Source of the DNA: an uncultured Verrucomicrobiae bacterium
GTDB taxonomy: Bacteria; Verrucomicrobiota; Verrucomicrobiia; Chthoniobacterales; UBA10450
Reading direction: 5' to 3'
NCBI GenBank assembly: GCA_963815455.1
Contig: CAWFGO010000003.1
Location: 733,782-797,781 of the forward strand
DNA: 64,000 bases
Both the position numbers and the translations under genes were made by a program. The notes beneath the pieces are model-generated. The model searched no databases. It saw only the letters and a program-made list of their open reading frames with translations, and was not told where the DNA came from. Shown here piece by piece: positions 23,401 through 32,087 of this stretch (position 1 is its first letter; each line of letters begins with the position of its first letter).

Positions 23401-23831
23401 CCGGTGGTATCCGGCGGCGCGGAATTTTGAACAGGAATTCCTTCAAACGTAAGCGACGGAGCCGGGATGCGCGGCGTGAAATCCTTCGGAACTGAAGACT
23501 GCAGCGCCCCGTCCTTTTGCGGCGGCGCCTGCGGATTCGGCGTTCCAAAGTCGCCCGCGTTTTGCTCATTGATTTCCTCGCCTTCTCCGGCCAACTCGAA
23601 GTCAACATGCGCCTCTTGCGCGGCGAGCTCTCTCAATGGCTTGGTCTCAGCGAAGCCAACGGCATGCCCTACGATTGGAACCAGGCGGCCCAGTTTCCCG
23701 CTCTGGGGCTGCATCAAGGGGGCGTGTGTTTCGACTTTCGGCTTTTGAGCCTGACCGAGTCGCACGAAAGACGCGAAACCAATTACGGCTAGAATTGCGA
23801 CGATGAATAATACTTTGCTACGACCCGACAT
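20469..23831 (-). CDS. Secreted modular protein (PPD..GPND..RWGDY domain, carboxypeptidase-regulatory-like Ig domain, SRKTHG module, dockerin)
   Basis: RBS AGGAGG and signal peptide; paralog of 16814-20279 and 25382-29035; C-terminal dockerin. Confidence 0.88.
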   Translation of the reverse strand: MSGRSKVLFIVAILAVIGFASFVRLGQAQKPKVETHAPLMQPQSGKLGRLVPIVGHAVGFAETKPLRELAAQEAHVDFELAGEGEEINEQNAGDFGTPNPQAPPQKDGALQSSVPKDFTPRIPAPSLTFEGIPVQNSAPPDTTGAVGPNDYVQTVNSLVRIWDKNGVPRGPAFKLSSLFAPLGGVVAAGDAGDQIVLYDRMANRWLISQFAFTSQTSPPYHTAIAISKTGDPTGAYWIYDFVMPGNEFPDYPKLGAWPDAYYYTDRQFTNGGPYNGFGCLAFDRTKMLVGDSTASYVYFNAGPNLSNASSGMIPTDFSGLTPPPAGAPNVFAVFTDDAFAGDPSDAVRLFNFHVDFATPANSTFLERPESPLPLASFDTRNPSGRADIEEPAPATAADYVDTIGDRLMLRLFYVNRGGSEMLTTCFTVNAGTIPAPGIFPTVAQYKAGTRYFILQKTSPGNPYSIQDQGTYSPDSNERWMGSTALDNAGNLAVGFSISSSSVFPSISYAGRLLGDPPGTLAQGEATMFAGTGVQIGTGNRWGDYSNASLDPSDDATFWVTNEYYSTSPAAGFAWQTRIGKFKYAGTVAPQQGTLAGTITACDTGALLKDALVQVTGGPSTGFSSATKPDGTYSMNLSPGSYSVTISDPAHKCVAIGPFNVTITNGNTTIQNGCLSGTAAFAYQSSTVSVAGGNGNGILEPNECNALNISILNDGCLKGANVSAVLSTSTPGVTITQPNSPYPDTNENGVAVNASPFLVSTSNVFACGTTINFTLTVSFSGGSSVVNFSLPTCQVPTITTNGALTAGDLQQPNGRLGRNGVASTCGTVKACPGPLGAGARLYDQYTFTNGPAATCVTITTTQSCPTPANDIIPAAYLTSYDPTNLCTNYLGDPGGSPGAVGNTFSVDVPANATLVVVQQEANAGLAGCSGYQFTVSGLIGTGAGPGPCAPAPSVVSRKTHGGVGNFSIPLPLTGPSGVEDRSGNGGIAGNHTIVLSHSADPTGATASVIAHSPAAGTGTVNSVSYSGNDMIVDLTGVSNAQVLTLSTSGGSVSPATVPIGFLVGDTNGNRIVNASDVSQTKSRIGQTVDASNFRSDVNANGTINASDASQVKANIGSALAP

Positions 23832-24038
23832 AATGAACCTCCTGTTGTGTAAATTGAGAACCGAGCGTGCTTTTCCCTCACGTGGCTGTCTCGAACTCCG
23901 CGCCTTCATCTAGAAGGGTCTTGCCAAGAGAGTCAATAATATTCTCTGCTGCTTGCATTAAAATTTCGCAATAAGCTGCCGTGAACTGCGAGTGCGCCGC
24001 GCCTACTGCCACTCAATCCCGAGCCAAACGTTACCCTT

Positions 24039-25349
24039 TTGCCCGAATCCAAGGCTTCGGTCACATTGATCACAATGGAAGACTTGCAAACTCGCTGTGT
24101 CGTTGCAGGTGGCGGCCCGGCCGGAATGATGCTCGGTTTTCTGCTGGCCCGCGCCGGCGTCCCGGTCATCGTCCTGGAAAAACACGCCGATTTCCTGCGC
24201 GATTTCCGCGGTGACACCATTCACCCTTCGACTCTCGAGTTGGTGCACGAACTCGGTTTGCTCGATGAGTTTCTCCAACGGCCGCATCAACAAGTGCGCG
24301 AGCTGCGCGGGGTGGTCAACGGTCACATGGTGCCCATCGCCGATTTCTCCCGACTGCCTACCAAGTGCAAATTCATGGCTTTCATGCCCCAATGGGATTT
24401 TCTAAACTTTCTCTCCGGGCAGGCAAAACGGTTCCCGAGCTTCCAGCTGCGCATGGAGCATGAAGTTGTCGATCTTATTATGGAAGGAGACCGCGTCACG
24501 GGCGTCCGAACCAAGACGCCAGCGGGCGAGATCGACCTGCGGGCAGATCTCGTCATCGGTGCGGATGGCCGCAGTTCCATCGTGCGCGATCGCGCCGGGC
24601 TCGGCGTGCGCGAATTGGGGGTGCCGATCGACGTGCTTTGGATGCGCATTTCCAAACGCGAGGGCGATCCGGAACAAACACTCGGTTTCTTCCGGCATGG
24701 CAAACTGCTCGTGCTAATTGAACGCGGCGACTACTGGCAATGCGGCTACGTGATTCCCAAGGGCGATTTCGATGAAATCAAAGCGCGTGGACTGGCAAGG
24801 TTTCACAACGATCTCATCAGCATGGCTGAATTTCTGCGCGATCGCGTGGCCCAGCTCGACGACTGGTCGAAGATCAGGCTCCTGACCGTCCAGATCAATC
24901 GGCTGCGCAAATGGTACCGCGAAGGGTTGCTCTGCATCGGAGACGCCGCCCATGCCATGTCGCCCGCTGGAGGAGTGGGAATCAATCTCGCCATTCAAGA
25001 TGCCGTCGCCGCCGCGAATCTGTTAGCCGAAAAACTGCGGCACGGTCCGGTATCGGTTGTCGATCTTCGTCAGGTCCAGCGACGGCGGCAATGGCCGGCC
25101 GCGTTGATCCAGCGCGTCCAAGCCTTCATTCATCGTCACGTCGTCACCGGCCGGCAGACGTCCGATAAGGCGTCATTGCCACTTGTCTTGCGTCTATTAA
25201 AAGACTTCCCGATTCTGCGCCGGCTTCCGGCTCGGTTTATCGGCCTAGGCCCGCGTCCGGAACACGTCGCCCCGGCTGTTACGCCAAGCGATGGCGAAGA
25301 CTCCCACCGAATTGTCCGCAGGGACGACGACCTCCGTCGTCGTCCCTAA
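24039..25349 (+). CDS. FAD-dependent oxidoreductase (UbiH-like monooxygenase)
   Basis: GGGPAG, GADG and IGDAAH.MSP.GG.G.N.AIQD motifs. Confidence 0.9.
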   Translation: MPESKASVTLITMEDLQTRCVVAGGGPAGMMLGFLLARAGVPVIVLEKHADFLRDFRGDTIHPSTLELVHELGLLDEFLQRPHQQVRELRGVVNGHMVPIADFSRLPTKCKFMAFMPQWDFLNFLSGQAKRFPSFQLRMEHEVVDLIMEGDRVTGVRTKTPAGEIDLRADLVIGADGRSSIVRDRAGLGVRELGVPIDVLWMRISKREGDPEQTLGFFRHGKLLVLIERGDYWQCGYVIPKGDFDEIKARGLARFHNDLISMAEFLRDRVAQLDDWSKIRLLTVQINRLRKWYREGLLCIGDAAHAMSPAGGVGINLAIQDAVAAANLLAEKLRHGPVSVVDLRQVQRRRQWPAALIQRVQAFIHRHVVTGRQTSDKASLPLVLRLLKDFPILRRLPARFIGLGPRPEHVAPAVTPSDGEDSHRIVRRDDDLRRRP

Positions 25350-25381
25350 ATCTCGCGGACGAGCAGGGCTTATCCCTGCGG

Positions 25382-28300
25382 TTACCTTTGAATCTTGACC
25401 GACGCTTTTCTGAATTTCGCCTTGTTGGAAAGCACGTATCCAGGTCCGCTGGTCAGATTCATCGTGGCAGTCACTTTCTTCGCGTGCGGATAATTCGCAT
25501 GCAACGTGACCGTGCCCGTAGATGACCCCGCCGGGATGAGGACCTCCCCAGGCGTACCGCTCAAGGTGTAATCGCTCCCCAGGATCGCATTGCCGCTCAT
25601 ATAATAATAAACCGTGATTGGACAAGTGCTCGGTCCATGGATGGCCGAAACGGTGAAGGTCGCGTTCCCCCCTGTCCTCACCGAGGCCGGCGCAGCCGTC
25701 GGGTGAACCTCCAGGGTTGGGCAACAACTTCTGGTCAATGTAAATGAGCCGCTGGCCCCGCCGAAACCGGTGACTATTACATAATAGGTCGTGCCTGCAG
25801 TAGTCGGGAAAATGACCTGCGATTGCAATCCGCAATAATCATCATTCCCGGTCACGCAACTCAACGCGCCGCAGGAACCGGTAAACACCCCAATCTTGGT
25901 GTCATAACTCGATCCACAAAGGCTTAAGATGCTGTTTGTTCCGTCGCCTGTGAATTTGTACCACACTCCCGGCGCAGTATTTAGACTGATCCCACAGGAA
26001 GGCACACCCGAATCGACTGTCGCTCCAACGGTGGTGCCGTTTATGGTCTGACCGCAGGCAATTGGGATGGCTCCTGGGCACAGATCATTGGCCGGAGTCG
26101 CAGTAGCGGTCGGTGTCGGTGTCGGGGTCGGCGTCGGACTCGCGCCAGTCACGCACACGTCGTCCAAGAACCAGAAAGCTGCGTCGTTCCTGAACGCGAA
26201 ATGCAGATTGCTGCTGGTGCTGGTGGCGACGACATCCATCGTATAATGGGTGTAATCAAAACCACCCGCATTCACCAGCGACACGATGTTCGTACCGGCG
26301 AAGGACGCTGAAAAATCATTCGGCCCGCTGCCCTTGTCTGTATTCGCAACCCAAAAGTCCACCGTGTATGTTTGGCCCACCGCGGTCGGGATGGTCTGGT
26401 CAAGGAAGCCGTCGCTGCCTATCGGACCCATGAACGCAGCGAAGCTTCCCGAGTGCGGATTGCCGTCAACACCGGTAAACCCGGTGTTTCCGCTCTGGGT
26501 CCAACCTGTGAAGTCCCCGGTCTCGAAACCTCCATTGGCAACAAGGCAACCCCCGGTGCAGCCAACGATCTGGAATATTTGGTCGGGTGCCCCTTTATCA
26601 ATAAGACAGTCTGCTCCTCTTCTTCCCCAGGTAGGACAGACTCCGAAGCCGCCGCCGGGATTCTGCCAGGCCGCGTCCGAGTTCGATGTAACTGTCCGGT
26701 CCTCCCAGGCCCACTGGCCACCAGCAGCGAAATCCAGATTCGCCTGGACCGAAACCCAGTACGTGCCCGATGCAAGGATCAAGCTCGATGGCAACGGGAT
26801 GGTGAAACTGCCGTTCGTGTCTGTTCCTATCGGCACGTTGGTATAGGTACCTCCGGCGACAGCCGCTCCCGGCAGCCCGCTCGAGTCGGAGTAGAAAGTT
26901 ACGTTGACAGAGGCTGCCGGCCCACAGCTTGCGCAATTAAAATATTGCCCGTTAACGTTGACCTGACTAACAATCCAGGTCTCGCCCACCGGCACGACGA
27001 AATCATCAGCCGCCTCATCGTCAAACGCGTCACTACCAGCCTCAAAGTTTTGCGAGCCAACTCCACTTCCTGAATCGTTATCCGTCTGGTCATAGAGGAC
27101 TTCTGTGCAAGAAGGCGTGGGCGTGACCGTAGGTGTTGGTGTAGGCGTCGGCGTCGGCCCACCCATGTCGAACCGGAAAGTACCGACTCGCGTGGCCCAG
27201 GAGGCACTGCTGGTAATCGTGTAGTACTCGTTGGTGTGCCAGAAGGTAAGACCGTCGGAGTAATCGACGCTCAAATAAGTATAATCCCCCCAGCGACCGC
27301 TACTGTGAGTCTGGTGGCCGCCCCCGGTGGTCATGACGGCTTCCCCTTGCGCTAGGGTGTTTAGCGGGTCGCCCGCGAGACGCCCGGCGTACCTAATGGA
27401 GGGTTCTACCGAAGAACTCGAGGCGGAATAACCAATGGCCATGTTTCCCATCGCATCCACCGAAATGCTGGGCATCCAACGGAACAATCCGTCGGCGCCA
27501 TTATTAAATGACTGTTGTTGGACCGGAGTCGCGGGAATGGTGCCGCCGGTGACGTCAAATTGATACCAGCGAACCGCCATTGGACCGGTCATACTCGCCA
27601 CCGTGTTGTTGTTGACCGTGTGCGCGGCCCAGAGCGATTCCGTGCCGGCGAGATTCTGATAAACGACCGGGGTCATGATTTTATCACCCAACGTGTCGAG
27701 CATCTGAGCCGTCCCAGGCTGGGGCACGAGATCGGTGCTGGTATTGGTGAATGCGTCAGTGAAAGGCGCGACCGTGATGTTGGCGTTCCAATCATGATTG
27801 GCTCCATTAATGCCTAACGTGGAATTCGCCGGGGTCATAAAATCGACATGGAATCGCCAGACATGGACTGCGGTTCGAAATTGATCGCCGGAAAACGGAC
27901 TGTCGATCGCCAGCAAATATTCGTCTGTACCCGCCGGGGGTGGAAGCCCGGTCCGGAAGGTCGCCGCCACCAGGCTGTAGGATTCGGGGCCCAGGCCGGT
28001 TGTAATCGTAAAGGCGATTACGTTTGCGGAGCCTCCGGCAACCATACTCGCGCGATCCAAGGCAAAGACGCGAACGCCTTGGAAAGCGAGGTTGGGGCCA
28101 TTGAACAAATTGACCGTCAAATAATACGCGTCGGGCCACAAGGCGAACTTGGGATAATCGCCCACGAAGGCTGGATTCGCCGGATCTACTTGCAGAGCGT
28201 ACAAATACCAAGCACCCGTCGGATCGGCCGTCTGCGACACGCCGATGCATTGATAGAAAGGTCCGGGCCCAGGAAGCGACGAGAAGGCAAAATCGCTCAC

Positions 28301-29035
28301 CAGCCAGCGGTCAGCGATATGATCGTACAGAACATAACCGTCGCCGTCGTTTTGACCGAGTCCACACGGATTGGCACCCGCCGCGGAAAAGAACGAATTA
28401 TAAGTGGTCCCGTTGACCCCGTTCAGCGCCATGCCCGATTTGTCAAAGATCTTGATCGATGAATTGACGGACTGAACGTAATGATTCGGACCCACATCGC
28501 CGTCCGTATCGGGCGGCAGGCAAAAGCATCCGCTCTGGGTCGAATTCAAACCATCAAAGGTCAACAACGGAGCCGGCATCCGGGGCGGTTGCATCAAGCG
28601 ACTGATCAACGCCGAACCGGGCGGCTTCACCGGGGCGAATTGTTCCGGCGCTCCCGTTCTTCGCCGCGGAAACCGCATCAATCGCTGTTCCTCAACCTCG
28701 GCGTTCGGTGCGATGTAAGGAAGATCCCGCAGATTTTTGTTTTGAGCGACCGGTGTAAGGGTTCCCACCCACGTAGGCGGGCCGGAAATCGGCTGAGAAC
28801 TCTGCGGCTTGTAACTCTGCTGATTCTGGTCCTGCGGAAGGGTACTTTTTGCCGGGAAGCGGCTCTGTGTCCCGGTGGATACCTGCGAATTGGATTTCTT
28901 CGTCCTGGGTTGGCCGGACCGCGTGCCTGCTGCGCCGAGCGCGATGAACACGCCGGTCAGCAGCATCACGATTGCAATCGTAATGCGAGGATTAATAAAG
29001 GCGGATTGGGGTGCGGATTTGTCTTTCTTTTTCAT
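25382..29035 (-). CDS. Secreted modular protein (PPD..GPNH..RWGDY domain, PT linkers, CBM-like and PPC-like modules, Calx-beta-like C-terminus); no dockerin
   Basis: 1217-aa ORF with a signal peptide, PTPTPT linkers, NGGFETGDFTGW and SGNAILGSDY. Confidence 0.85.
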   Translation of the reverse strand: MKKKDKSAPQSAFINPRITIAIVMLLTGVFIALGAAGTRSGQPRTKKSNSQVSTGTQSRFPAKSTLPQDQNQQSYKPQSSQPISGPPTWVGTLTPVAQNKNLRDLPYIAPNAEVEEQRLMRFPRRRTGAPEQFAPVKPPGSALISRLMQPPRMPAPLLTFDGLNSTQSGCFCLPPDTDGDVGPNHYVQSVNSSIKIFDKSGMALNGVNGTTYNSFFSAAGANPCGLGQNDGDGYVLYDHIADRWLVSDFAFSSLPGPGPFYQCIGVSQTADPTGAWYLYALQVDPANPAFVGDYPKFALWPDAYYLTVNLFNGPNLAFQGVRVFALDRASMVAGGSANVIAFTITTGLGPESYSLVAATFRTGLPPPAGTDEYLLAIDSPFSGDQFRTAVHVWRFHVDFMTPANSTLGINGANHDWNANITVAPFTDAFTNTSTDLVPQPGTAQMLDTLGDKIMTPVVYQNLAGTESLWAAHTVNNNTVASMTGPMAVRWYQFDVTGGTIPATPVQQQSFNNGADGLFRWMPSISVDAMGNMAIGYSASSSSVEPSIRYAGRLAGDPLNTLAQGEAVMTTGGGHQTHSSGRWGDYTYLSVDYSDGLTFWHTNEYYTITSSASWATRVGTFRFDMGGPTPTPTPTPTVTPTPSCTEVLYDQTDNDSGSGVGSQNFEAGSDAFDDEAADDFVVPVGETWIVSQVNVNGQYFNCASCGPAASVNVTFYSDSSGLPGAAVAGGTYTNVPIGTDTNGSFTIPLPSSLILASGTYWVSVQANLDFAAGGQWAWEDRTVTSNSDAAWQNPGGGFGVCPTWGRRGADCLIDKGAPDQIFQIVGCTGGCLVANGGFETGDFTGWTQSGNTGFTGVDGNPHSGSFAAFMGPIGSDGFLDQTIPTAVGQTYTVDFWVANTDKGSGPNDFSASFAGTNIVSLVNAGGFDYTHYTMDVVATSTSSNLHFAFRNDAAFWFLDDVCVTGASPTPTPTPTPTATATPANDLCPGAIPIACGQTINGTTVGATVDSGVPSCGISLNTAPGVWYKFTGDGTNSILSLCGSSYDTKIGVFTGSCGALSCVTGNDDYCGLQSQVIFPTTAGTTYYVIVTGFGGASGSFTLTRSCCPTLEVHPTAAPASVRTGGNATFTVSAIHGPSTCPITVYYYMSGNAILGSDYTLSGTPGEVLIPAGSSTGTVTLHANYPHAKKVTATMNLTSGPGYVLSNKAKFRKASVKIQR

Positions 29036-29178
29036 GGGGTTTCTCCTGATGGGGTGGGTCGCGAATAGTTTTCGTGTCGCAAACAGAAAATGTCACGTTT
29101 TTTCTTGAGAAAATTTCAGCGCTGCTCTTTGTTCTCCGCGCATTGACGCGACCTCGCGATGGCGATAAACCCTTCGCC

Positions 29179-30150
29179 ATGCAAAGCCGAGCCGCAAAGA
29201 ACGTAACCTACGGCCCGTGGCTGGTCGGACTCGGCGCCGCCCTGTGGGGCACCGAAAGCGCCTGGCGCATTCCGCTTAACGAATTGTTCGATGCCAAGGT
29301 GATCGTCTTCTGGGAACACGTCTTCATCCTGATCATGTTCCTGCCCATTCTTCTCCCGCGCCTCGGCGAGCTGCGTAAGATCGACATCCGCACCTGGTGC
29401 TTCCTCATCTTTTCCGGGTTTGCCGGTTCCGCTGTCGGCACCGTCTTTTTTACTCTCGCGCTCAAACACGGCAACCCGACCGTGGTCAATGTTATCTTAA
29501 ACATTCAGCCGGTGATCTCGACCCTCGGCGCGGTCCTCATCTTTGGGGATCGTCTCGGGCCGCGTTTTTTCCTCTATGCCGCAATCGCGATTCTCGCCGG
29601 CGTATTTCTTTCCGTCGAATATCCAATGCTCATTGGTCAATCGTTCGGACAGGCCGGACTCACCATCGGCACCGGCTACGCGCTCATTTGCGCTTTTTTC
29701 TGGGCGGGCTCGACCGTGGCCGGGCGCGGCGTGATGCTCGGCATGTCGCTAAAGCTGGCTTCCAGCATGCGCATCGTCATCGGGCTGATCTGCATGACTG
29801 CAATCCTGCTGGCCTACGGCAAACTCAACAGCGCTTCGCTCTGGCCGGTTGCGGCCCAAGCGCATCCCACAAAAGCAATGGTCTTGCTCATTCTCCTGGC
29901 ATCGATCTCCGGCGGCATTCCACTTCTTATTTATTTCGAGGGACTCAGGCTCACCCGCGCCTCCACCGCCGGTTATTTCGAAATGATGCAAACACTGGCC
30001 GCTGTCTGTATTACCTGGGGATTCTTTCACGCCGCGCTTCGTCCACATCAAATCATCGCCGCCATCGTTCTTGTTGCCGCCGTCACCATGGTGCAGCGCG
30101 TCCAGGCAAAAATGGATGTAGAGGCGGCCGTGCCGGCCGCAAAGTCTTGA
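29179..30150 (+). CDS. DMT/EamA family transporter
   Basis: About 10 TM helices in two EamA-like halves (ALWGT, FFWAGSTV). Confidence 0.85.
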   Translation: MQSRAAKNVTYGPWLVGLGAALWGTESAWRIPLNELFDAKVIVFWEHVFILIMFLPILLPRLGELRKIDIRTWCFLIFSGFAGSAVGTVFFTLALKHGNPTVVNVILNIQPVISTLGAVLIFGDRLGPRFFLYAAIAILAGVFLSVEYPMLIGQSFGQAGLTIGTGYALICAFFWAGSTVAGRGVMLGMSLKLASSMRIVIGLICMTAILLAYGKLNSASLWPVAAQAHPTKAMVLLILLASISGGIPLLIYFEGLRLTRASTAGYFEMMQTLAAVCITWGFFHAALRPHQIIAAIVLVAAVTMVQRVQAKMDVEAAVPAAKS

Positions 30151-30259
30151 CTCCTCGTAGCAAGGGCGGCGCGAGAGTCTAATAGCCAGTCGACAAATTA
30201 CCTGCTTGCTTTCGTTTGGCCAAACTCCGTAGACTTCCAATTGCCGAAAGGCCATCAAA

Positions 30260-32047
30260 TTGCGCACATCATTTTCTCTGTGGATCGGGGTCTCGCTATT
30301 CGCGATTGCTTGCCCGGCGCCGGCGGCCGTTTTCAACATCGTGAATGGCGACGTGGTTGGACTCAAAAGCGCGATTATGACCTCTAATGGTAATGTTGAG
30401 GACGACACCATTGAACTCGCCGTGAACGGAATTTATACCCTCACGGCCAGAGATAATGCGCTCAACGGCCTGCCCCAGATCGGTCCCGATGCCGGCCACC
30501 ATCTTACCATCAATGGCAATGGCGCAACCATTCAGCGAAGCAGCGCCGGCGGCACCCAGACGTTTCGGATCTTTTATATTCAGAGCGGCGCCAACGGGAC
30601 TCTTTCCGGCCTGACCATGACTAACGGAAACTTGGTCGCGCACGGCGGCGCCATCTACATCGACGCTGAAACTGCCGACGCGAGTCTCATGATTACCAAT
30701 TGCAGCATAACGGGAAACACCGGGGACTACGGCGGCGCTATATATAATGATGGCTATAACGACACGCCGGTGGCTACGACCGCGAGTTTGACCATCATCA
30801 ACTCGACGATCTCGGCGAACTTCGGCAGTCAATACGGCGGCGCCATCTGGAGCGACGGCTCCTTCGGTCACGCCTCGCTGACGATATCCAATTCCACTTT
30901 TAGCCAAAACTCCGCCAATCTCGACACCGGCGCGGTCCAGCACGACGCCTTTATGGGAAGCGCTACGGGGAGTGTCACGAATTGCACGTTCGATCGTAAT
31001 TCCGCCGGCCGAAATGGCGGTGGCATTTACGTCGATGGCGAGGATGGGAGCGCCACGCTGAGCGTCACCAATTGCACATTCAGCCAGAACACGGCGGGAA
31101 ACGCCGGCGGCGGCATTTACAACACCACCGGCGGCAGCGGAAACGCCGTGCTCCAAATCGGCAACACAATTTTCAAGACTGGCACAAACGGGGCGAACAT
31201 TGTCAATAACGGGGGCACGGCCACATCGCTCGGCCACAATCTCAGCAACGACAACGGCAGCGGCGTGCTCATCGCAGCCGGCGACCAGATCAATACCGAT
31301 CCCATGCTCAATGCCGCCGGCCTGCAAAATAACGGCGGCCCCACTCAAACGATTGCTTTGCTCGGAGGTAGTTCGGCCATCGATGCCGGTGACGATGCCA
31401 ACGCACCGGCGCGCGACCAACGCTATTATTCCCGGAGCGGAACGAGTGATATCGGCGCATTTGAAGTCGGTGGCATGCTGGCGCCCATCAGTGCCGGATC
31501 GGGCAAACCACACGGAGCCGCAGGCATATTTGCCATCGATCTTCCATTGACTGGCGCTGGCGGAGTGGAATGCCGAAGCGGCGGCGGCGGCGGCAATCAT
31601 CAGATGGTCATACCTTTCGCCACGCCGGTAACGGTAACGAGCGCCAGCGTCACGACCGGTGTGGGCAGTGTGAGCAGTTCCTCTGTGAGCGGCTCGCAAG
31701 TCACCATCAATCTCGCCGGCGTCGCCAATGCGCAGCGAATCGTCGTCACCCTTTCCGGCGTAAATGACGGAACGCACACGAATAACGTAACCGTGCCGAT
31801 GCGCGTGCTTTTGGGTGACACCACTGGCAACGGCATTGTCAACGCCTCCGATGTTGGCCAGACCAAAGCGCAGCTCGGGCGGCCCGTAACGAATTCAAAC
31901 TTCCGCAACGACCCAAACGTCAACGGCACGATCAACGCCTCCGATGCCGCCCTGATTAAAGCGCAGATAGGAACCTCAATTCCCGCAATCGAACCGGAGC
32001 CCGACACCGTTTTCGACGCGGCACGCACGGCAGGCGTCGCGCGTTAA
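30260..32047 (+). CDS. Secreted beta-helix (GGAI repeat, choice-of-anchor-Q-like) protein with SRKTHG-type module and dockerin
   Basis: GGAIY repeats, LQNNGGPTQTIALLGGSSAIDAG, DQR, DIGAFE; SGKPHGAAGIFAIDLPLTG; dockerin loops. Confidence 0.87.
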   Translation: MRTSFSLWIGVSLFAIACPAPAAVFNIVNGDVVGLKSAIMTSNGNVEDDTIELAVNGIYTLTARDNALNGLPQIGPDAGHHLTINGNGATIQRSSAGGTQTFRIFYIQSGANGTLSGLTMTNGNLVAHGGAIYIDAETADASLMITNCSITGNTGDYGGAIYNDGYNDTPVATTASLTIINSTISANFGSQYGGAIWSDGSFGHASLTISNSTFSQNSANLDTGAVQHDAFMGSATGSVTNCTFDRNSAGRNGGGIYVDGEDGSATLSVTNCTFSQNTAGNAGGGIYNTTGGSGNAVLQIGNTIFKTGTNGANIVNNGGTATSLGHNLSNDNGSGVLIAAGDQINTDPMLNAAGLQNNGGPTQTIALLGGSSAIDAGDDANAPARDQRYYSRSGTSDIGAFEVGGMLAPISAGSGKPHGAAGIFAIDLPLTGAGGVECRSGGGGGNHQMVIPFATPVTVTSASVTTGVGSVSSSSVSGSQVTINLAGVANAQRIVVTLSGVNDGTHTNNVTVPMRVLLGDTTGNGIVNASDVGQTKAQLGRPVTNSNFRNDPNVNGTINASDAALIKAQIGTSIPAIEPEPDTVFDAARTAGVAR

Positions 32048-32087
32048 TCTTTCCTTCCCCGGCATTTCTTGTCGATCGCCGATCCGC

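Noticed and set aside
26095..27165. Short tandem repeats (GGTGTC/GGCGTC) as DNA-level elements
   Set aside because: They encode ordinary Pro-Thr linkers in the secreted protein.
9938..32047. Canonical cellulosome locus
   Set aside because: No cohesin/scaffoldin or recognisable cellulase catalytic domain is present in the window.
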